A stretch of 51,555 bases of DNA, filler included, from Catajapyx aquilonaris (Eukaryota), in NCBI GenBank assembly GCA_000934665.2. It is 2 parts of 2 records of this genome, joined end to end, with 100 filler letters (N's around TTAATTAATTAA, not from the genome) between each part and the next. Parts side by side here need not be neighbours in the genome. Positions count along the whole stretch, not along the records: positions 25,829 to 51,555 come from JYFJ02005315.1; 1 more part is not named here. One strand, 5' to 3'. Shown one piece after another: positions 37,352-48,600 of the stretch (its first letter is position 1; each line of letters begins with the position of its first letter). The notes below the pieces were generated by a model. That model searched no databases. It was not told the origin of the DNA and saw only the letters and a list, made by a program, of their open reading frames with translations. A program made the position numbers and the translations under genes.

Positions 37352-40300
37352 CTATGTGACTAGTTCGTTTCGAGATACGCCAAGGTCGTCACTTCCACTG
37401 TCACTCGACACTTCAGCATCGTTACCTAATAGCCCTGAGCTGCCATTCACCTCCAGGATTTCTGCAAAGCAATCACAATCATTTACCAATTGCATCACGC
37501 AAATGCAGCTGCAATAACCTTACCTCTCCTGCGCACGGAAAGTGAGCAAGGCGCCAAAGTAATGAGCGCAACTAATCCCAGAAGCGCCATAGCCGCACAA
37601 ACAAGTCCCATTACTTGTTGGTAGTACGCAACACAAAAGCTGCAGCAAGTGTGTGAGCTGCGGAAAAAATATAAATAAAATATTCCTCCCACAAACATTA
37701 GATAAATTATCGTAATTAACGGCTTGTGATAATTCAGCATATCTTTAACCTGCAGGGTTGCAGCGTTTGCAGGATCATAACCACAGCTCCGTTTGATAGT
37801 TTGTCTGTGAAGCTCATTGCGCCGTACACAAACGCGCCGCTTCCGACGCTAGATCCGATCAGGTCGGCCGTTATACCGAGGCTCGTTATCAAAATAGTCG
37901 AAGCGCCCATACCTGCAAAACAATCATAATAAAAATGGCATTGCGATTTTTTAATGTCGGCTCACAATATGGCCGCATGTGAACTTGTTCGAAAGATCTA
38001 GTGCCGCATAAAGTGAGCTAAAACTGGAACTATCTCCATCCGATATATGATTTTTATCAATCACCCCACGCCAGATGTTTCAATGTCAAATGAGATTCAG
38101 ATGAATCAGGATTACACGCGGGGTGATAATGAAAACTTTCGTCACGTTTCGTCACTGCGGAGTTGAAGGTTAGGTCAACACCTGGTGACTTAATAATCAT
38201 CATCTGACGCGATCGACGCCATTGAATCGCTCTCGGTACATATATAATATAAATAAAATGTTAAGATTACACACAAAAAGCAGGTCAATGAAAAAAATGA
38301 TGTCCTCATTACAACGGAATTTTGGAATTACAATGGGGAAAAATGTGGCAAGACATGCTCATCGAGGTCTTGGTATCTCGACGCAAATAATCACGTCACG
38401 TAGTTGTACTACTTACTCGCTAATTAACTGGCAGACATACAAAAATTTGCGCTGTACTGACCATAATTTACAGCAATGTACACTGACGATAATATTTGAA
38501 TTTATTTCAATTAATTTCAATGACGGGTTGCGCCATTTGATTGCGTCTCCTCCTAATTCCGGACATTATTGACAAAAAAGGTAGACGCCAAAGGCTTATC
38601 AAAATGTCATTTGCACCGAAAAAGATTCAATGATAAGATGTTCAGATGCGAGAAAGTTCGTCTGACATTTTCTGATGCCTTCGTAACATTCAACTCAGTT
38701 CGCAGCGAAACAATTGCAGCAAACGTATGCGGACTTACCCATCGCAGCAGAACTGGCATATATTCCGTACTTTGCGTAATCCTCTCCTTTCCCAAAGAAC
38801 ATGCTGAGGCTGGACGCGATGCATATGAGCGTCCCTATCACATACGCAACCTGTAAAAAAAAGGGGGTGATTCAGAGTAAATGAAATCCCATTTTTAAGA
38901 GCGGATGCGAACCTTTCTTCCTGCCCTCCGATTGAGCCACTTCATGACGAACGACGAGATGAATCCGGAGCTGAACATGACTAGAGGCAGGACAGCGATG
39001 CTGACCTGCGGTAAGTGGAGGGAATCCTGGAGGAACAGAGGAAAGTAGACCTGGCTCAGGTTAACGTACAGTCGGGTGGACATGTACAGAAGTGCGACTT
39101 GGTAGAAGCGAGGCTCCTTCAGCCAGTCCTTCACCCTCATCGCGGTTGCACTCGATTTGCTGCCATACTCGCGCCCATCGTTCGGAAGCAGCTGGAAGTC
39201 GTCATCTCGACTCTCTGGCACCAACGCATGGAAGAGCAAGGAAAAGGTGGCCCCAATTCCAACAACGATCAGGACGATCCTCTGGAAAATTGGTTTAAAA
39301 AAAACACGGGTAATTAGTTTCGGTTTAAGCACGTTACGCTACAGAAAATGGCTCAGATTGAACTTTGGACGCAAGAGGCTGCAGTGTCCACAAATACTTC
39401 AACAAACGTAGTGATAAAGTCAGCAATAATGTTACAAGTTCCCCAGCATATCAGGAGTTCAATGGTATTTTTAAAAATAATGTAGACTTCACGCTCTTAT
39501 TTAAAGGCAATATGATTCATGTTCAAAGTGAACGTTTAGCAAATCCCCAATTTTTCTTGAGGGAAGAAAATATCGCTGCGAATGACACTGTCGCAATTGA
39601 GTAAGCGATGGTCTCGTCATATATGAACTTCTCCAGCGGTAATTACGAAGCGATGTGTCACCTTGTTTGTGTCAAGCCGAGGGAAATTCTCAAGTAGATC
39701 CCAAGTAGTTGGAAAACCTAAAGGAGGTGCAGGCTTAATCAAAAGTTCAAAGATCAAGGGTACACAATGACTGGGTCAAAAGCAAAAGTGGTCTACGTGC
39801 GGCTAAGTGACTTGCGAGGAAAATAATTCATGCACTTTGCTCAGTGTACATCTATTTTCGTAAAGGTCACATCCAGTTAATTTTAAAACGACACATTCAA
39901 CATGTTTTGACTGCCACATCCAGTCATAACATGCGAGACAAATCAAGCTGACAATTGCTAATCAAGTGTGACAATCGTATGCAAAAGGGTATGACTTGCA
40001 CTCGTTAATCTGAGTGGAATGACACACTCGAATGTATGTGTCGAATTGAGTTGCTTGTAGTGACGTATGGCGTAACAAAAATAAATCTTTGCCCAACCAA
40101 GATCGACATTATGAAGAACTTACTGTGAACTGCGGCTGGTCTTCAGGTCCAACCCGGCTAGTCCCCTGGCTCTCTCCGAGACCCATGACTAGCCAGGTGG
40201 TCACGTAGACCGTGATGGAGGCCAGAACGGTGAACCCGTAGCGGTAGGCTGTGAGTTCAGTCCGATCGTGCGGGTTATGGCTGAGGTAGGGGATCAAGGA

Positions 40301-41906
40301 GAGGTGGGAGATCTGCACTATGGCCCAGCCCACCTGAAACACCACCACGAAGGCCAGGTAGTACAGCAGCTGCGCCCACTGGTCGCTCTCTTTGCAGCCG
40401 AGGCACGGCATGAATATGAAGGCGAAGGATCCCAAGACGCACACAGTTCCTGAAAAATTGAGACGAATCAGAAGTGTCCAAATTGTTCATCGAAGCCATG
40501 TACCGCCTGATGCCCGCCTGATGCCCGCCTGATGCCCGCCTGATGCCCGCCTGATGCCCGCCTGATGCCCGCCTGATGCCTGCCTGATGCCCGCGGGTTG
40601 CCCCCAAAAAAAGAAAGTCCACGAACTTTCGGAACCACCCTCGTTCAACAAGTATGCGGCCAAGAAATTATTTCACTAGCGCCTGACATGACATTATCCT
40701 AATACAGATTTTACTGGACAAATTTTGGTAAATATAACAATTGTTTCAACGACTCCACCGATTACACATGTTACACATTTTTAAGATTATTATATTGTTA
40801 TCGCAAATTATTATGTTATTACCCTAATGACGACATTGACCCAAATGATAACCCCACTACGCGTATTTGTACACAATTTAGCTGCCAAGTTTTACAAAAA
40901 TTGCGGCTTTTGACATTAGAAATATTATCAGCTTCATATCTACTGCTGTAATCGCATTGGTAGCCTATCATAAACCAACATAAAATGTCTCAAGCAATCT
41001 ACTACATATTACTGCGTCAACAGTACTAAGTCAAGCGTAGTTTTAAAATCATTAAAAGGTGTGCATCATAATGAAACTTAACATTTGAAGCATTAGCGTG
41101 TTATTATATTTTCTTGCGGACAAAAGTTTCTCTCATCAACTATTAATATTACGGAAAAATTGAATTTCCGTGCTACAAGCGGGCCCAACAGAAATAATTT
41201 CTGTTCAAGTCAAATGTAGTTGGCCGCGCTTCAAATATTTATGTTCGCACAGAACGAACCCATTTTTAACGTGCAGCTTTACACCAACATTTTCCTATAA
41301 TCAATGCACGTAACTTCGCATATCTGTCAGTCATTATTAACAAAAGTTTTTGCATTTGACGATGGATTTGCCTCAACGGAAAATCCAACGCATTGAAAGC
41401 TTCAAAGTAATTTCTCTACAATTTGTGACGAGTCATATGAACACGTGTAATTTAATAAAATTATTACACCCATTTACAGGTTTATTTTTACAAGTTTTAA
41501 TTAGCTTGCGGCTCCCATCATCGCTGACTACCCCTTATAGGGAAATGTCGTGATGATGATGATGATTACGCCCATTGCATTTTCCTGTTCAGCGATACGT
41601 ACCAACGGCATGCCACGTTTTCCTCCTCCCGTACGGAATGCAGAAGCAGCTTCTTTCCCTGTCCACCTCCATTCCAATAAGAGGCGTAGCCAATCCGTCC
41701 GCTACTTGTCCGACCAGCAGCACAAGCCCGGACAGCTTATTGTCGAAGGTAAGAATCATATGGAAGTAAACCAGAAGGTAGGAGAACCACATGGCGGCGC
41801 ACAGGTCGTTCTGCACATGCCCGAATCCGTAACCAAGCTTCATCCACCATCTCAACCCGCTTCCAGCATGTCGATGATGTCCGCTCCCGCTCAACTCCTC
41901 CGCCAT
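37352..41906 (-). CDS. MFSD12: MFS transporter MFSD12-like, paralog 1, ~505 aa
   Basis: Exons 41603-41906, 40124-40449, 38913-39281, 38739-38850, 37750-37912, 37524-37657, 37352-37461. [61 protein letters not shown]. Confidence 0.93.
40503..40593. repeat. 11-bp minisatellite (CCGCCTGATGC), ~8 copies, in an MFSD12 paralog 1 intron
   Basis: Near-perfect tandem copies seen directly. Confidence 0.95.
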
Positions 41907-42913
41907 GACGCTCAAGAAGCTGCTCTCGGACCTTAAAAGAAAAACGATGAGTGATCGTCACATGTTGAGGGTGACGATACTGCAGGTCATTGTCGCATCC
42001 AGGAAATAACATGTCCTGTTTGCGCGCTCCCACTATCAGGCAGTGGGCCGCGATAAATATTATATATACACAGGTACGGTTTTTTTCCGTTTTGCCAATC
42101 GTTGATAGCGAACTTTTGACAACAATGTTTACATGTTAGTTGTCGTGAAGATGCCTTAGCATACGCTCCACCTCATACAAAAGCAATTTAGGTCGGTAAT
42201 AACGGAACGCATACCGTACCTAATGTTTTTCTGAATATCTCTGCGGAACGTGTCGTGTAGCTAGTACCAAGCGGTGTGTAATTACCTCATAATGTGCAGC
42301 AAGTACAGAGGAATGTGAGGGTAATAAAAAGGGATGAAAAAAGGACTTACAATGGTTTGTAGGTCTCAGCTGCTGCGGTCCATCAGTGAAGCAAGGTTGT
42401 GTCACCAATTTTTCGGGGGTGGGAGGCAGGCTGTGTCACAGGCTGTGTGTCACATGCACGTGATGGATTGTGTACAATAATTTTCGCTCAAGGTCCAAAA
42501 CGATAGAACGTTCTGACGAAATCGAACTTTTTTTTCTTTTCGTGTTCCATTTTTCATGCGGTCGTCATTCGTCAGCTGTTTTTAAGCTGTTTCCAAATGT
42601 GGCCGACAGATGGCGACACCGTTTGCAAAGCGCGGGCATTTTTTTTAAATTTAAAAAAAAAAAAAGTGATTCGCATACACATTGTGACAAATTCCAGCTT
42701 TAAAAAAATGAAGGGACGTTACTCATCGCACCAGTGGGTTACATAATGTGGCACAATGTAATGCGATTTCATATACAGTGTCGTGCGCGGATAAAAGTGG
42801 CGGAAATGCGTGTCAGTTGGAAATTTATTAAATGTGACGATGTACAGATAATTTCACGATCATTATAATTTTATTGACAACAATTGCGTTTCCTACATGC
42901 ACTACAATCAGGG

Positions 42914-43262
42914 CAGGAAGCATATACTACAATATAGAGGCGCAAACTTCTGTCGGCGCCTTTGATGTTCCCGTCTCTCTGTTTGGGGCCGTTGCCAAGG
43001 CTGGCGGCCATTTTGAAGTGTGGGTAACGCCAGCAACGAGGTATAAATAGGGTACAGGCAAACATAGGGTTGTGACGGCCATGGCAATTACACGGCGGGC
43101 GAATCAAAGATGGCGGACCCTATTTTTGCCTGTACCCTATTTATACCTCGTTGGCGTTACCCACACTTCAAAATGGCCGCCAGCCTTGGCAACGGCCCCA
43201 AACAGAGAGACGCGGAAATCGAATGTTTGCGCCTCTTATGTAGTATAATATTATGCTCCCTG
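42914..43262. mobile_element. Fold-back MITE family A copy 2 (inverted relative to 5118-5479)
   Basis: CAGGAAGCATATACTAC...ATGCTCCCTG; flanks ATCAGGG / TTCAGGG (7-bp TSD, one mismatch); arms nearly identical to copy 1. Confidence 0.85.
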
Positions 43263-43530
43263 TTCAGGGTGTGTAATATATTGTACCAACCAGAGAGACG
43301 CGGAAATCGAATGTTTGCGCCTCTTATATGTGTTATAATTATGCTCCCTGTTCAGGGTAATATATTGTACCAAACAGAGAGACGCGGAAATCGAATGTTT
43401 GCGCCTCTTATGTGGTATAATTATGCTCCCTGTTCAGGGTGTGTAATATATTGTACCAAACAGAGAGACGCGAAAATCGAATGTTTGCGCCTCTTATGCT
43501 CCCTGTTCAGGGTGTGCAATATATTGTACC
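43199..43530. repeat. Four tandem ~75-88-bp units made of the MITE terminus plus flanking host DNA
   Basis: Unit CAAACAGAGAGACGCGGAAATCGAATGTTTGCGCCTCTTATG...TGCTCCCTG|TTCAGGGTGTGTAATATATTGTAC. Confidence 0.9.
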
Positions 43531-45630
43531 TAATAATATCAGAAGGAAAAGTTGAACTCAATTTTTTTTTTCGTGCCGGATTTTTGAGTTACACATAATT
43601 TAATGAACTTATGTAATTGAGTCGCTCTCTGAGTTGTCAAATTAGTGTTAATTACATTTGTGCAGAATTCATGATACGTGCAGTATACTGAAAAATAACC
43701 AGGTTCAAGTGTTGTCACGATGATAAGTGACATGTGTCCTTGCCCAAGACAATTCCGGTTAATACCAATTTGGTGCGGTAATGTGTATCGCATATCATAT
43801 AATTTTTATCTATGTTAACCTTTGAGTCTCCCTATAGATAACAACACATTTTTGGTAATCCCCACAGCAGGTGCAGAAGCACTTTCTAATCATAGACTGG
43901 TGGTTCTAAGTACTAGTAAAACGGACAAGGTTGTGGTTACAGATCATTATTATTTTTTTTATTACAGGAAGACAATAGTCGGATATACCATAATAAATAC
44001 AATCATAAAACAGATCTTTCTTCAAATCGAAATGAACTGCCCTGCAAATCCAGCCCAATTTTTGCAACACTGTAACCAAACACTGTTAAATTATTTATTT
44101 TGCAAGACAGTTCATGAAATATTCTCGAAGGAAAATAATAATAAAAATAGTTGAGTAATAGAACAAGACAATGTTTAGAGGTACGTAACGCTATTACTGA
44201 AGAGTCACTTTTTTTTTTGCCTTCTTCTTATGATTATTTTTTTTCTCCTACGACTAATCAGGTAAACGTAGCTGATGAATCCACACTCCCAACACTAATC
44301 ACCTAATTAGTACAACAAATGCAAGACTCTTTTTTTTCCTTCACAAAAAAATAAACTGAATACAAGTCACTTCTCAGTAGCGAACACTCTTCAGGTATCA
44401 GAAAAATGCAGCAGCTTAATGGATGGGATGATAGATCTATAGCAGTGTAATGTAGTTAATTAGAAGGCATTGTGTTATAATGACCAAGCCTCCAATGTTT
44501 AGGTACCCGTAAGAAAAAATGAAAATTAGAGAAAAAATGTACTATCAGCCACCAAAAGTAATGGAGCAGGCAATGACACAACCTGCTGTAATGTAAGCCT
44601 GCTCCAATAATTTTTTTTGTCACTGATAGTACTTTTGACTGTTGAGCAGAGAGCTAAGAGAGGAATGTAAAAAGAAGTAAACAGACAAGTCTGATTCTGC
44701 TTGATCCTGTTGATAAACCTGCATCATTGCTAACTGTCCCATGTAATGAGAAGGACAGCAGACATCACTAATTACAAATCCTCTATATGATAAACAGTGC
44801 AAATCACTTTTATATCCTCACAACTGTAACATGTGATCCACAGTTAATTAGTTTAGTGTCTGATGTCCTCTTACACTCATTTTTGACAGCTAGAACTGAC
44901 CTAAAAATGACCGGTCCAAACACAACCACAGGACAAATGGTATCTCCTAAAACGCAACAATGAACAGTTTGGATTACATAGACACCTATGTTAATACAAA
45001 AAAGAGAGATCAGTTGCTTATTTTTTTTCTCTTCAAACACAGCATCCATTGCATCATCACACTTGCCTTTTTTATTTGGCCCTCCTCCTCCTCCTCCTCC
45101 AAAATCCTCCCTTTTTAAATAAATACTGTTTCTTTTCTCTTAAACCTACCCTATTAACTGTTCCTACTCGCATGTAAAACAAACCAGTCTTTTTTTTTAA
45201 ATCAATTGTTTGTGCTTAGAGCTCATTCTCATCTCGAACTTTCCTTTTCAGTTGCAACATTGTTCGCTCCCTACACTGATCTACTTGCGACTATTAATTG
45301 TTCACCGCAATTATTATTTTTATGGCAGGCATTTTGCTCTAAAGTACCAACCAATAATGAGTTAAAGTGCGCCAACATTTGCATACTTTTGCAGATGAAT
45401 GATTTAAGCGTAACTTTTTTTTCTTCTTAACTACTTCTTCATCCCCTTTGGTGGCACACTATGACTTTTTTTTTTTTTTGTCTAACGAACCTGAGACAAA
45501 AAAATTCTCTTTGGCACCTTTAATCTCTTGACCTCCCATCACCCTCTTTTAAAACTCCTCCTGTTTACCACAGTGTCCCCGGGAGGCAACTTTTGTAAAA
45601 GATATGCATGGAAATATTTCAAGTTGAGGC

Positions 45631-48600
45631 TCATACTCCAACCCTTGGTACACCAGTACGGTGCAATCGTGATGGTTCAGAGCAACTGTGTCTTCTGGGC
45701 AGTGGTAACCCTTGACCTGGAGGACCTCCTGGCTGCAGTTGTCTCACCAGATGGGCAAAAGTGGGCCGTGTGTTTGGGTCAGTTCGCCAGCAGCTGGCCA
45801 CCAAAGCCTATACAAATGAGCCAGATCAGCACTGGAATCCACGTCATTAATTACAATTAATTACCTTAAGAGCTGGTGCTGCATTCAGTCGGTCCAGTGA
45901 CTGCTGTCGTCCAGCTCCAACTTGCCAAATAATAGCGTGGCTAGGTTGCCCTCGAAATGGGCTCGACTCTGCCAGAAGCTCGTACAAAACGGTCCTGCAA
46001 CAGCATCCAATTAGATTCTTACTGCGCAAGCGGCCTAATCAAACAATTTCAATGAGAATGCCCTCCGATTTACAAGTTAGTACCATTATTTATTCATAGA
46101 TGGCGCAGACTTCCTATGCGCACTCCTGCGCCATCTATGAATTAAGAATGGTACTAAGTGGTAAATCGGAGGGCATTCTCATTGAAATTGTTTGATTGCG
46201 ATATTAACAGGTACGGAGAGCAACTTACCCGAAAGCGTAGACGTCACTGGCTTTGGATGCTGGCACCGTTGGCTGCAGGATGGGAGGCTGCACCTGTAGC
46301 GACCTCATCATCTCGGGGCTCCAGTAGGGCAACAGTGCCTTAGGCACACAAGCGTAGTCGGCCCGATCGAACTTGGGGTCAGCCATTGCATGGTCAAGAA
46401 GACACAACTTGACCCTGGCTTCCACCACGATGTTGCGGGTGTTGAGACGACGATGCAGGAGTCCACGTGCATGCAGGTACCCCATGGCCTGTGCTACCTG
46501 TCTGGCTATATGTAGACGGGCTGATAGGGGCAGGGGCAGCTGGACATTCGGATGCGGGGGCGGTGGAGGAGGCGGTACCATCTCGTCAGGGTCCTCCTCG
46601 ACAGGTCCTCCAGCAGGCATCATGTCCGGATGTGCCTCCATGGTGTCCCAACGTAGCTCCTGGTGGTGATGGTGGCGATGATGGTGCGAGCTTCTAGATT
46701 CCCTCCCAGCACGAAGCAGCTGGTACAACGATGGTCCTCTTCTGGCACCGGTCACCACTGCCCCTCTGCCTGGCTCCAAACTGGCGCCCATGAACAGCAC
46801 CATGTTATCATGCCGGACACTAACCAATGCTCGGATCTGATAAGAACAGACGGAATTAATGTCCAGCACTGTATACGCGACACCATTAAAATGTCCAAAG
46901 CTGGGCAAGCTAACCGAAATTTTAGCTCAGCTAACTTCCGCTAACAGCTAATTCGGTTAGTAAACCGTGGGCGGCGCTAAATTGCTAATGATAAACAGCT
47001 AGAATGATTAGGGGGGGTTCCACTAACCTTTCTAGCTGTTAAGCATTAACGATTTGGTGATATCCATGGTTTTGCTGAGCAAGTTAGCTGTTATCGAAAG
47101 TTAGCTGTTATCGAAAGTTAGCTGTGCCCACCTCTGAAAATGTCATACCTGTGCAAGAAATGTGCTGAGATCTGCAACGTGGTCCAGTCTGAAGGTGTGG
47201 ATGAGCACTTCGCCGTGCCACCTGCCCCTGTGTATGGACCCGAGGCGGCCCCGACATATCGCATCCCCAAAACGGAGGTCACGCCACGGTATGGCCCACT
47301 CGCCCAGTCCAATACTTGCAGTGTCATCATCTGACTGCACCTGACTCGACGGTGCTGGTGCTGACTTGACCGACGCCGATGTTGAGCTGGCCGCCGATGA
47401 GCTTCTTTCAGACTCTGTGATGAAACAACAATGAAGTGGAGGAAACACTTTCGGTTTGTTGCAGGTACTTACCAAGCTCAGGCCATGCTGAGGTGAATGG
47501 TGGCCAGGTCGCGCACAGGAAGGACCGGACGCTGGAGCCGTTCTCCAGGAGGCTGTGGGTTCTGGGTCTGGCTGGAGGAGACCGTGGTAGGTTGGTCTTT
47601 GGTGGTGGTGGAGGCGGCGGCGGTGGTGGTGGAGGCGGCGGTGGAGGCGGTGGTGGTGGAGGAGGCGACGGTGATGGCGCCAGAAGCTGAACTGGCGCCC
47701 TGTCGCTGATGGGCGAGTGTGGTTCAGAAGGTGCTGCAGAATGGTAGCCGCTCTCGGCAGTCGACGTCCTCTGGCGTCCCTCGGACGTCAGAAGCGGAGG
47801 AAGAGTGCTGCACGGTACAGGTGCCGGGGTTGGAGTCGCAGGCGAAGGAGACATCGACGGCGTCGGTGTCTGAAGAGTAGGCGTCGAAGGCGTCGCTGGA
47901 GACAACGACGGCTCCAACTCCCTGGCACCTCCACGACCTCGAAGAAGACCTCTGAAGCGACGCCTTAGATCACTCTTCTCTCTGAAAATTAAACAGCATT
48001 TGAACTCCGCGCCCTTTTTCCTACCTCTAAAATTAAGTGGTACTGCTAAAAGTTAGCAGCAACTAGCAGTGGGACGAAAATTGCCAATCTATTGCAAATT
48101 TCTACGACGAATTTTTGGCGATTTCGGCTTCATGTCCTGCGTGGCCAATATTGGACCAATATTTGGCAAATATTGGCCCAATGTTGGCCCAACATTGGAC
48201 GAATGTTGGCCCAACATTGGACGAATGTTGGCCCAATATCTTGAATCTTGGGCAATATATTGGCCTATCTAGCCAGCCTGAAGCCAATATTGGGCCGATA
48301 TTGGCAGCCGATCTATTGCCATTCAAACTGCATACATCCCTGCTGCACGTGTCGCCTGACTCGCAGGATGACACCTGTTCACTATATACATATTCGCATC
48401 AAACATAGCACGCCATTAATTACGTAAATGAGTGACCTACTGGTAAATACAGTGCATAAATGGCTGACGTCATACACATTTATGATGGCATTTTATGGAT
48501 AGTTGCGCGGCATTGTTGGCATAAAACTTTGCAGCAACTGTAATGACGTCAGAGAAGGTGCAATTTCCCTGGTGGATGGGAAGGGGGGGGGGGATTATCG

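Noticed and set aside
40275..40622. ORF with [11 protein letters not shown] repeats
   Set aside because: Translation of an 11-bp intronic minisatellite.
47601..47663. GGT/GGC repeat read as poly-Gly
   Set aside because: It is the antisense of the poly-Pro tract in the kinase N-terminal region.
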